Source of the DNA: Auanema rhodensis
Lineage: Eukaryota; Animalia; Nematoda
NCBI GenBank assembly: GCA_964057225.1
Contig: OZ059895.1
Span: 4,154,001 to 4,218,000, forward strand
Length of the DNA stretch: 64,000 bases
Direction of reading: 5' to 3'
The translations under genes and the position numbers were made by a program. Under the pieces are notes generated by a model, which was not told the origin of the DNA, did no database searches, and saw only the letters and a program-made list of their open reading frames with translations. Positions 52,401-64,000 of the stretch are shown one piece after another (within the stretch, counting starts at the first letter, position 1; every line of letters starts with the position of its first letter).

Positions 52401-55400
52401 GTGTATGTTGAGTTTCCATGTACACTCAACATTGCTTCCAAAAACATTTTGACAAAAATTTTTTCGAAAAATTTCAAAATAATTTAGCAAAAAGTAGATG
52501 TTTTTAGATTCCTTTTTTTAAGGCAAAGATGATGGACAATGTTATTCAACGAAAAAATTAATTCTTCAGGGTGAAAATCGAGGATATAAGTGTGAACTTA
52601 TATCAGTTGATATCTCGGTGCATTTTTAAGCTAGCGCAAATCTGATAACACAGATCGACGCAGCTTAAAAATCCGCATCGAATGCACTATACTACATTGA
52701 GAAACGCTTAATACAAAACTTAGTTATGATCGTTTGAAAAATGATGCATTAGTGTATGTTGAGTTTCCATGTACACTCAACATTGCTTCCAAAAACATTT
52801 CGACAAAAATGTTTTCGAAAAATTTCAAAATAATTTAGCAAAAAGTAGATGTTTTTAGATTTCTTTTTTTAAGGCAAAGACGATGGACAATGTTATTCAA
52901 CGAAAAAATTAATTCTTCAGGGTGAAAATCGAGGATATAAGTGTGAACTTATATCAGTTGATATCTCGGTGCATTTTCAAGCTAGCGCAAATCTGATAAC
53001 ACAGATCGACGCAGCTTAAAAATCCGCATCGAATGCACTATACTACATTGAGAAACGCTTAATACAAAAATTAGTTATGATCGTTTGAAAAATGATGCAT
53101 TAGTGTATGTTGAGTTTCCATGTACACTCAACATTGCTTCCAAAAACATTTTGACAAAAATTTTTTCGAAAAATTTCAAAATAATTTAGCAAAAAGTAGA
53201 TGTTTTTAGATTCCTTTTTTCAAGGCAAAGATGATGGACAATGTTATTCAACGAAAAAATTAATTCTTCAGGGTGAAAATCGAGGATATAAGTGTGAACT
53301 TATATCAGTTGATATCTCGGTGCATTTTCAAGCTAGCGCAAATCTGATAACACAGATCGACGCAGCTTAAAAATCCGCATCGAATGCACTATACTACATT
53401 GAGAAACGCTTAATACAAAACTTAGTTATGATCGTTTGAAAAATGATGCATTAGTGTATGTTGAGTTTCCATGTACACTCAACATTGCTTCCAAAAACAT
53501 TTCGACAAAAATGTTTTCGAAAAATTTCAAAATAATTTAGCAAAAAGTAGATGTTTTTAGATTTCTTTTTTTAAGGCAAAGACGATGGACAATGTTATTC
53601 AACGAAAAAATTAATTCTTCAGGGTGAAAATCGAGGATATAAGTGTGAACTTATATCAGTTGATATCTCGGTGCATTTTCAAGCTAGCGCAAATCTGATA
53701 ACACAGATCGACGCAGCTTAAAAATCCGCATCGAATGCACTATACTACATTGAGAAACGCTTAATACAAAAATTAGTTATGATCGTTTGAAAAATGATGC
53801 ATTAGTGTATGTTGAGTTTCCATGTACACTCAACATTGCTTCCAAAAACATTTTGACAAAAATTTTTTCGAAAAATTTCAAAATAATTTAGCAAAAAGTA
53901 GATGTTTTTAGATTTCTTTTTTTAAGGCAAAGACGATGGACAATGTTATTCAACGAAAAAATTAATTCTTCAGGGTGAAAATCGAGGATATAAGTGTGAA
54001 CTTATATCAGTTGATATCTCGGTGCATTTTCAAGCTAGCGCAAATCTGATAACACAGATCGACGCAGCTTAAAAATCCGCATCGAATGCACTATACTACA
54101 TTGAGAAACGCTTAATACAAAAATTAGTTATGATCGTTTGAAAAATGATGCATTAGTGTATGTTGAGTTTCCATGTACACTCAACATTGCTTCCAAAAAC
54201 ATTTTGACAAAAATTTTTTCGAAAAATTTCAAAATAATTTAGCAAAAAGTAGATGTTTTTAGATTCCTTTTTTCAAGGCAAAGATGATGGACAATGTTAT
54301 TCAACGAAAAAATTAATTCTTCAGGGTGAAAATCGAGGATATAAGTGTGAACTTATATCAGTTGATATCTCGGTGCATTTTCAAGCTAGCGCAAATCTGA
54401 CGCTTAAAAATCCGCATCGAATGCACTATACTTCATTGAGAAACGCTTAATACAAAACTTAGTTATGATCGTTTGAAAAATGATGCATTAGTGTATGTTG
54501 AGTTTCCATGTACACTCAACATTGCTTCCAAAAACATTTTGACAAAAATTTTTTCGAAAAATTTCAAAATAATTTAGCAAAAAGTAGATGTTTTTAGATT
54601 CCTTTTTTTAAGGCAAAGATGATGGACAATGTTATTCAACGAAAAAATTAATTCTTCAGGGTGAAAATCGAGGATATAAGTGTGAACTTATATCAGTTGA
54701 TATCTCGGTGCATTTTTAAGCTAGCGCAAATCTGATAACACAGATCGACGCAGCTTAAAAATCCGCATCGAATGCACTATACTACATTGAGAAACGCTTA
54801 ATACAAAACTTAGTTATGATCGTTTGAAAAATGATGCATTAGTGTATGTTGAGTTTCCATGTACACTCAACATTGCTTCCAAAAACATTTTGACAAAAAT
54901 TTTTTCGAAAAATTTCAAAATAATTTAGCAAAAAGTAGATGTTTTTAGATTCCTTTTTTTAAGGCAGAGATGATGGACAATGTTATTCAACGAAAAAATT
55001 AATTCTTCAGGGTGAAAATCGAGGATATAAGTGTGAACTTATATCAGTTGATATCTCGTTGCATTTTCAAGCTAGCGCAAATCTGATAACACAGATCGAC
55101 GCAGCTTAAAAATCCGCATCGAATGCACTATACTACATTGAGAAACGCTTAATACAAAAATTAGTTATGATCGTTTGAAAAATGATGCATTAGTGTATGT
55201 TGAGTTTCCATGTACACTCAACATTGCTTCCAAAAACATTTTGACAAAAATTTTTTCGAAAAATTTCAAAATAATTTAGCAAAAAGTAGATGTTTTTAGA
55301 TTCCTTTTTTCAAGGCAAAGATGATGGACAATGTTATTCAACGAAAAAATTAATTCTTCAGGGTGAAAATCGAGGATATAAGTGTGAACTTATATCAGTT

Positions 55401-58400
55401 GATATCTCGTTGCATTTTCAAGCTAGCGCAAATCTGATAACACAGATCGACGCAGCTTAAAAATCCGCATCGAATGCACTATACTACATTGAGAAACGCT
55501 TAATACAAAAATTAGTTATGATCGTTTGAAAAATGATGCATTAGTGTATGTTGAGTTTCCATGTACACTCAACATTGCTTCCAAAAACATTTTGACAAAA
55601 ATTTTTTCGAAAAATTTCAAAATAATTTAGCAAAAAGTAGATGTTTTTAGATTCCTTTTTTCAAGGCAAAGATGATGGACAATGTTATTCAACGAAAAAA
55701 TTAATTCTTCAGGGTGAAAATCGAGGATATAAGTGTGAACTTATATCAGTTGATATCTCGGTGCATTTTCAAGCTAGCGCAAATCTGACGCTTAAAAATC
55801 CGCATCGAATGCACTATACTTCATTGAGAAACGCTTAATACAAAACTTAGTTATGATCGTTTGAAAAATGATGCATTAGTGTATGTTGAGTTTCCATGTA
55901 CACTCAACATTGCTTCCAAAAACATTTCGACAAAAATGTTTTCGAAAAATTTCAAAATAATTTAGCAAAAAGTAGATGTTTTTAGATTTCTTTTTTTAAG
56001 GCAAAGACGATGGACAATGTTATTCAACGAAAAAATTAATTCTTCAGGGTGAAAATCGAGGATATAAGTGTGAACTTATATCAGTTGATATCTCGGTGCA
56101 TTTTCAAGCTAGCGCAAATCTGACGCTTAAAAATCCGCATCGAATGCACTATACTTCATTGAGAAACGCTTAATACAAAACTTAGTTATGATCGTTTGAA
56201 AAATGATGCATTAGTGTATGTTGAGTTTCCATGTACACTCAACATTGCTTCCAAAAACATTTTGACAAAAATTTTTTCGAAAAATTTCAAAATAATTTAG
56301 CAAAAAGTAGATGTTTTTAGATTCCTTTTTTTAAGGCAAAGATGATGGACAATGTTATTCAACGAAAAAATTAATTCTTCAGGGTGAAAATCGAGGATAT
56401 AAGTGTGAACTTATATCAGTTGATATCTCGGTGCATTTTTAAGCTAGCGCAAATCTGATAACACAGATCGACGCAGCTTAAAAATCCGCATCGAATGCAC
56501 TATACTACATTGAGAAACGCTTAATACAAAACTTAGTTATGATCGTTTGAAAAATGATGCATTAGTGTATGTTGAGTTTCCATGTACACTCAACATTGCT
56601 TCCAAAAACATTTTGACAAAAATTTTTTCGAAAAATTTCAAAATAATTTAGCAAAAAGTAGATGTTTTTAGATTCCTTTTTTTAAGGCAAAGATGATGGA
56701 CAATGTTATTCAACGAAAAAATTAATTCTTCAGGGTGAAAATCGAGGATATAAGTGTGAACTTATATCAGTTGATATCTCGTTGCATTTTCAAGCTAGCG
56801 CAAATCTGATAACACAGATCGACGCAGCTTAAAAATCCGCATCGAATGCACTATACTACATTGAGAAACGCTTAATACAAAAATTAGTTATGATCGTTTG
56901 AAAAATGATGCATTAGTGTATGTTGAGTTTCCATGTACACTCAACATTGCTTCCAAAAACATTTTGACAAAAATTTTTTCGAAAAATTTCAAAATAATTT
57001 AGCAAAAAGTAGATGTTTTTAGATTCCTTTTTTCAAGGCAAAGATGATGGACAATGTTATTCAACGAAAAAATTAATTCTTCAGGGTGAAAATCGAGGAT
57101 ATAAGTGTGAACTTATATCAGTTGATATCTCGGTGCATTTTCAAGCTAGCGCAAATCTGACGCTTAAAAATCCGCATCGAATGCACTATACTTCATTGAG
57201 AAACGCTTAATACAAAACTTAGTTATGATCGTTTGAAAAATGATGCATTAGTGTATGTTGAGTTTCCATGTACACTCAACATTGCTTCCAAAAACATTTC
57301 GACAAAAATGTTTTCGAAAAATTTCAAAATAATTTAGCAAAAAGTAGATGTTTTTAGATTTCTTTTTTTAAGGCAAAGACGATGGACAATGTTATTCAAC
57401 GAAAAAATTAATTCTTCAGGGTGAAAATCGAGGATATAAGTGTGAACTTATATCAGTTGATATCTCGGTGCATTTTCAAGCTAGCGCAAATCTGATAACA
57501 CAGATCGACGCAGCTTAAAAATCCGCATCGAATGCACTATACTACATTGAGAAACGCTTAATACAAAAATTAGTTATGATCGTTTGAAAAATGATGCATT
57601 AGTGTATGTTGAGTTTCCATGTACACTGAACATTGCTTCCAAAAACATTTTGACAAAAATTTTTTCGAAAAATTTCAAAATAATTTAGCAAAAAGTAGAT
57701 GTTTTTAGATTCCTTTTTTCAAGGCAAAGATGATGGACAATGTTATTCAACGAAAAAATTAATTCTTCAGGGTGAAAATCGAGGATATAAGTGTGAACTT
57801 ATATCAGTTGATATCTCGGTGCATTTTCAAGCTAGCGCAAATCTGACGCTTAAAAATCCGCATCGAATGCACTATACTTCATTGAGAAACGCTTAATACA
57901 AAACTTAGTTATGATCGTTTGAAAAATGATGCATTAGTGTATGTTGAGTTTCCATGTACACTCAACATTGCTTCCAAAAACATTTCGACAAAAATGTTTT
58001 CGAAAAATTTCAAAATAATTTAGCAAAAAGTAGATGTTTTTAGATTTCTTTTTTTAAGGCAAAGACGATGGACAATGTTATTCAACGAAAAAATTAATTC
58101 TTCAGGGTGAAAATCGAGGATATAAGTGTGAACTTATATCAGTTGATATCTCGGTGCATTTTCAAGCTAGCGCAAATCTGATAACACAGATCGACGCAGC
58201 TTAAAAATCCGCATCGAATGCACTATACTACATTGAGAAACGCTTAATACAAAAATTAGTTATGATCGTTTGAAAAATGATGCATTAGTGTATGTTGAGT
58301 TTCCATGTACACTGAACATTGCTTCCAAAAACATTTTGACAAAAATTTTTTCGAAAAATTTCAAAATAATTTAGCAAAAAGTAGATGTTTTTAGATTCCT

Positions 58401-61400
58401 TTTTTCAAGGCAAAGATGATGGACAATGTTATTCAACGAAAAAATTAATTCTTCAGGGTGAAAATCGAGGATATAAGTGTGAACTTATATCAGTTGATAT
58501 CTCGGTGCATTTTCAAGCTAGCGCAAATCTGACGCTTAAAAATCCGCATCGAATGCACTATACTTCATTGAGAAACGCTTAATACAAAACTTAGTTATGA
58601 TCGTTTGAAAAATGATGCATTAGTGTATGTTGAGTTTCCATGTACACTCAACATTGCTTCCAAAAACATTTTGACAAAAATTTTTTCGAAAAATTTCAAA
58701 ATAATTTAGCAAAAAGTAGATGTTTTTAGATTCCTTTTTTCAAGGCAAAGACGATGGACAATGTTATTCAACGAAAAAATTAATTCTTCAGGGTGAAAAT
58801 CGAGGATATAAGTGTGAACTTATATCAGTTGATATCTCGGTGCATTTTCAAGCTAGCGCAAATCTGATAACACAGATCGACGCAGCTTAAAAATCCGCAT
58901 CGAATGCACTATACTACATTGAGAAACGCTCAATACAAAACTTAGTTATGATCGTTTGAAAAATGATGCATTAGTGTATGTTGAGTTTCCATGTACACTC
59001 AACATTGCTTCCAAAAACATTTCGACAAAAATGTTTTCGAAAAATTTCAAAATAATTTAGCAAAAAGTAGATGTTTTTAGATTTCTTTTTTTAAGGCAAA
59101 GACGATGGACAATGTTATTCAACGAAAAAATTAATTCTTCAGGGTGAAAATCGAGGATATAAGTGTGAACTTATATCAGTTGATATCTCGGTGCATTTTC
59201 AAGCTAGCGCAAATCTGATAACACAGATCGACGCAGCTTAAAAATCCGCATCGAATGCACTATACTACATTGAGAAACGCTTAATACAAAAATTAGTTAT
59301 GATCGTTTGAAAAATGATGCATTAGTGTATGTTGAGTTTCCATGTACACTCAACATTGCTTCCAAAAACATTTTGACAAAAATTTTTTCGAAAAATTTCA
59401 AAATAATTTAGCAAAAAGTAGATGTTTTTAGATTCCTTTTTTCAAGGCAAAGATGATGGACAATGTTATTCAACGAAAAAATTAATTCTTCAGGGTGAAA
59501 ATCGAGGATATAAGTGTGAACTTATATCAGTTGATATCTCGGTGCATTTTCAAGCTAGCGCAAATCTGACGCTTAAAAATCCGCATCGAATGCACTATAC
59601 TTCATTGAGAAACGCTTAATACAAAACTTAGTTATGATCGTTTGAAAAATGATGCATTAGTGTATGTTGAGTTTCCATGTACACTCAACATTGCTTCCAA
59701 AAACATTTCGACAAAAATGTTTTCGAAAAATTTCAAAATAATTTAGCAAAAAGTAGATGTTTTTAGATTTCTTTTTTTAAGGCAAAGACGATGGACAATG
59801 TTATTCAACGAAAAAATTAATTCTTCAGGGTGAAAATCGAGGATATAAGTGTGAACTTATATCAGTTGATATCTCGGTGCATTTTCAAGCTAGCGCAAAT
59901 CTGATAACACAGATCGACGCAGCTTAAAAATCCGCATCGAATGCACTATACTACATTGAGAAACGCTTAATACAAAAATTAGTTATGATCGTTTGAAAAA
60001 TGATGCATTAGTGTATGTTGAGTTTCCATGTACACTCAACATTGCTTCCAAAAACATTTTGACAAAAATTTTTTCGAAAAATTTCAAAATAATTTAGCAA
60101 AAAGTAGATGTTTTTAGATTTCTTTTTTTAAGGCAAAGACGATGGACAATGTTATTCAACGAAAAAATTAATTCTTCAGGGTGAAAATCGAGGATATAAG
60201 TGTGAACTTATATCAGTTGATATCTCGGTGCATTTTCAAGCTAGCGCAAATCTGATAACACAGATCGACGCAGCTTAAAAATCCGCATCGAATGCACTAT
60301 ACTACATTGAGAAACGCTTAATACAAAAATTAGTTATGATCGTTTGAAAAATGATGCATTAGTGTATGTTGAGTTTCCATGTACACTCAACATTGCTTCC
60401 AAAAACATTTTGACAAAAATTTTTTCGAAAAATTTCAAAATAATTTAGCAAAAAGTAGATGTTTTTAGATTCCTTTTTTCAAGGCAAAGATGATGGACAA
60501 TGTTATTCAACGAAAAAATTAATTCTTCAGGGTGAAAATCGAGGATATAAGTGTGAACTTATATCAGTTGATATCTCGGTGCATTTTCAAGCTAGCGCAA
60601 ATCTGACGCTTAAAAATCCGCATCGAATGCACTATACTTCATTGAGAAACGCTTAATACAAAACTTAGTTATGATCGTTTGAAAAATGATGCATTAGTGT
60701 ATGTTGAGTTTCCATGTACACTCAACATTGCTTCCAAAAACATTTCGACAAAAATGTTTTCGAAAAATTTCAAAATAATTTAGCAAAAAGTAGATGTTTT
60801 TAGATTTCTTTTTTTAAGGCAAAGACGATGGACAATGTTATTCAACGAAAAAATTAATTCTTCAGGGTGAAAATCGAGGATATAAGTGTGAACTTATATC
60901 AGTTGATATCTCGGTGCATTTTCAAGCTAGCGCAAATCTGATAACACAGATCGACGCAGCTTAAAAATCCGCATCGAATGCACTATACTACATTGAGAAA
61001 CGCTTAATACAAAAATTAGTTATGATCGTTTGAAAAATGATGCATTAGTGTATGTTGAGTTTCCATGTACACTCAACATTGCTTCCAAAAACATTTTGAC
61101 AAAAATTTTTTCGAAAAATTTCAAAATAATTTAGCAAAAAGTAGATGTTTTTAGATTCCTTTTTTCAAGGCAAAGATGATGGACAATGTTATTCAACGAA
61201 AAAATTAATTCTTCAGGGTGAAAATCGAGGATATAAGTGTGAACTTATATCAGTTGATATCTCGGTGCATTTTCAAGCTAGCGCAAATCTGACGCTTAAA
61301 AATCCGCATCGAATGCACTATACTTCATTGAGAAACGCTTAATACAAAACTTAGTTATGATCGTTTGAAAAATGATGCATTAGTGTATGTTGAGTTTCCA

Positions 61401-64000
61401 TGTACACTCAACATTGCTTCCAAAAACATTTTGACAAAAATTTTTTCGAAAAATATCAAATTAATTTAGCAAAAAGTAGATGTTTTTAGATTCATTTTTT
61501 TAAGGCAAAGACGATGGACAATGTTATTCAACGAAAAAATTAATTCTTCAGGGTGAAAATCGAGGATATAAGTGTGAACATATATCAGTTGATATCTCGG
61601 TGCATTTTCAAGCTAGCGCAAATCTGATAACACAGATCGACGCAGCTTAAAAATCCGCATCGAATGCACTATACTACATTGAGAAACGCTTAATACAAAA
61701 CTTAGTTATGATCGTTTGAAAAATGATGCATTAGTGTATGTTGAGTTTCCATGTACACTCAACATTGCTTCCAAAAACATTTTGACAAAAATTTTTTCGA
61801 AAAATTTCAAAATAATTTAGCAAAAAGTAGATGTTTTTAGATTCCTTTTTTTAAGGCAAAGATGATGGATAATGTTATTCAACGAAAAAATTAATTCTTC
61901 AGGGTGAAAATCGAGGATATAAGTGTGAACTTATATCAGTTGATATCTCGTTGCATTTTCAAGCTAGCGCAAATCTGATAACACAGATCGACGCAGCTTA
62001 AAAATCCGCATCGAATGCACTATACTACATTGAGAAACGCTTAATACAAAACTTAGTTATGATCGTTTGAAAAATGATGCATTAGTGTATGTTGAGTTTC
62101 CATGTACACTCAACATTGCTTCCAAAAACATTTCGACAAAAATGTTTTCGAAAAATTTCAAAATAATTTAGCAAAAAGTAGATGTTTTTAGATTTCTTTT
62201 TTTAAGGCAAAGACGATGGACAATGTTATTCAACGAAAAAATTAATTCTTCAGGGTGAAAATCGAGGATATAAGTGTGAACATATATCAGTTGATATCTC
62301 GGTGCATTTTCAAGCTAGCGCAAATCTGATAACACAGATCGACGCAGCTTAAAAATCCGCATCGAATACACTATACTACATTGAGAAACGTTTAATACAA
62401 AAATTAGTTATGATCGTTTGAAAAATGATGCATTAGTGTATGTTGAGTTTCCATGTACACTCAACATTGCTTCCAAAAACATTTTGACAAAAATTTTTTC
62501 GAAAAATTTCAAAATAATTTAGCAAAAAGTAGATGTTTTTAGATTCCTTTTCTCAAGGCAAAGACGATGGACAATGTTATTCAACGAAAAAATTAATTCT
62601 TCAGGGTGAAAATCGAGGATATAAGTGTGAACTTATATCAGTTGATATCTCGGTGCATTTTCAAGCTAGCGCAAATCTGATAACACAGATCGACGCAGCT
62701 TAAAAATCCGCATCGAATGCACTATACTACATTGAGAAACGCTTAATACAAAAATTAGTTATGATCGTTTGAAAAATGATGCATTAGTGTATGTTGAGTT
62801 TCCATGTACACTCAACATTGCTTCCAAAAACATTTTGACAAAAATTTTTTCGAAAAATTTCAAAATAATTTAGCAAAAAGTAGATGTTTTTAGATTTCTT
62901 TTTTTAAGGCAAAGACGATGGACAATGTTATTCAACGAAAAAATTAATTCTTCAGGGTGAAAATCGAGGATATAAGTGTGAACTTATATCAGTTGATATC
63001 TCGGTGCATTTTCAAGCTAGCGCAAATCTGATAACACAGATCGACGCAGCTTAAAAATCCGCATCGAATGCACTATACTACATTGAGAAACGCTTAATAC
63101 AAAAATTAGTTATGATCGTTTGAAAAATGATGCATTAGTGTATGTTGAGTTTCCATGTACACTCAACATTGCTTCCAAAAACATTTTGACAAAAATTTTT
63201 TCGAAAAATTTCAAAATAATTTAGCAAAAAGTAGATGTTTTTAGATTCCTTTTTTCAAGGCAAAGATGATGGACAATGTTATTCAACGAAAAAATTAATT
63301 CTTCAGGGTGAAAATCGAGGATATAAGTGTGAACTTATATCAGTTGATATCTCGGTGCATTTTCAAGCTAGCGCAAATCTGACGCTTAAAAATCCGCATC
63401 GAATGCACTATACTTCATTGAGAAACGCTTAATACAAAACTTAGTTATGATCGTTTGAAAAATGATGCATTAGTGTATGTTGAGTTTCCATGTACACTCA
63501 ACATTGCTTCCAAAAACATTTCGACAAAAATGTTTTCGAAAAATTTCAAAATAATTTAGCAAAAAGTAGATGTTTTTAGATTTCTTTTTTTAAGGCAAAG
63601 ACGATGGACAATGTTATTCAACGAAAAAATTAATTCTTCAGGGTGAAAATCGAGGATATAAGTGTGAACTTATATCAGTTGATATCTCGGTGCATTTTCA
63701 AGCTAGCGCAAATCTGATAACACAGATCGACGCAGCTTAAAAATCCGCATCGAATGCACTATACTACATTGAGAAACGCTTAATACAAAAATTAGTTATG
63801 ATCGTTTGAAAAATGATGCATTAGTGTATGTTGAGTTTCCATGTACACTCAACATTGCTTCCAAAAACATTTTGACAAAAATTTTTTCGAAAAATTTCAA
63901 AATAATTTAGCAAAAAGTAGATGTTTTTAGATTCCTTTTTTCAAGGCAAAGATGATGGACAATGTTATTCAACGAAAAAATTAATTCTTCAGGGTGAAAA

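Larger units (their letters stand above)
1..64000. repeat. Tandem satellite DNA array, 351/335-bp monomer, ~184.4 copies, head-to-tail, extending beyond both window edges
   Basis: The unit starting AACATTGCTTCCAAAAACAT recurs at 1, 336, 687, 1022, 1373 ... 63500, 63851 with spacings of 335 or 351. 63850 = 184x351 - 46x16 + 2, which agrees with 46 short units counted by eye and one 2-bp insertion near 40728. Monomer 1 has 104 G+C in 335 bp (31% GC). I saw no unique sequence and no inversion. Confidence 0.99.

Noticed and set aside
71-63432. 38 copies of a 65-aa ORF (MFLDSFFQGK...) as a multicopy gene
   Set aside because: It appears only when CAA rather than TAA at codon 8 coincides with the frame-shifting 16-bp deletion. 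Other monomers stop early or give about 56 aa. It has no recognisable domain, and its identity across copies reflects repeat homogeneity rather than selection.
1-64000. CRISPR array or variable-cassette system
   Set aside because: There are no unique spacers. Units are near-identical along their whole length, and no cas, integrase or other genes are present.
1-64000. Tandem 5S rRNA, tRNA, snRNA or spliced-leader gene array (similar unit length)
   Set aside because: I recognised no such RNA sequence, cloverleaf or convincing Pol III box A/B/C on either strand, and the unit is very AT-rich. This was not tested with Rfam.
1-64000. Identity with Drosophila 1.688 (359-bp) or other named ~350-bp satellites
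   Set aside because: Only length and AT content are similar. The sequence does not match the 1.688 consensus as I recall it, and I cannot verify the others without a search.
1-64000. Long/short monomer order as an information-bearing code
   Set aside because: The order is adequately explained by nested tandem duplications and crossovers traced by rare variants. Nothing indicates a readout mechanism.
1-64000. Whole array as a rolling-circle or assembly artefact
   Set aside because: Linked haplotypes, HORs and position-restricted variants are not expected from concatemers of a single template. Individual duplications still need read validation.

Overview
The whole 64-kb window is one uninterrupted head-to-tail tandem array of an AT-rich (~69% A+T) satellite DNA, all in one orientation. 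By hand count and length arithmetic it holds 184 complete monomers plus a 150-bp partial one starting at 63851. Of these, 138 are long (351 bp; one is 353 bp) and 46 are short (335 bp). I see no credible genes, RNA genes, CRISPR arrays or intact mobile elements. The 38 ORF-track hits are the same 65-codon frame, opened by chance in one monomer haplotype. The structure that does exist lies in three places. (1) About ten recurrent variable sites define about six monomer types, arranged as an underlying A/B dimer plus several local higher-order repeats (HORs): a 5-mer, a 12-mer, another 5-mer and a 9-mer. (2) The monomer is packed with inverted repeats, including a 9-bp stem with a GTGA loop and a ~50-nt nested hairpin whose tip is removed by the 16-bp length polymorphism. 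(3) A short, mutation-rich island lies at ~61.4-62.6 kb. The picture best fits eukaryotic (peri)centromeric or heterochromatic satellite, probably from a host with little CpG methylation. I cannot name the species or the family. I found no evidence for a novel protein-coding system. The best candidate for something undescribed is the structure-rich satellite itself and the way its variants track its hairpins.
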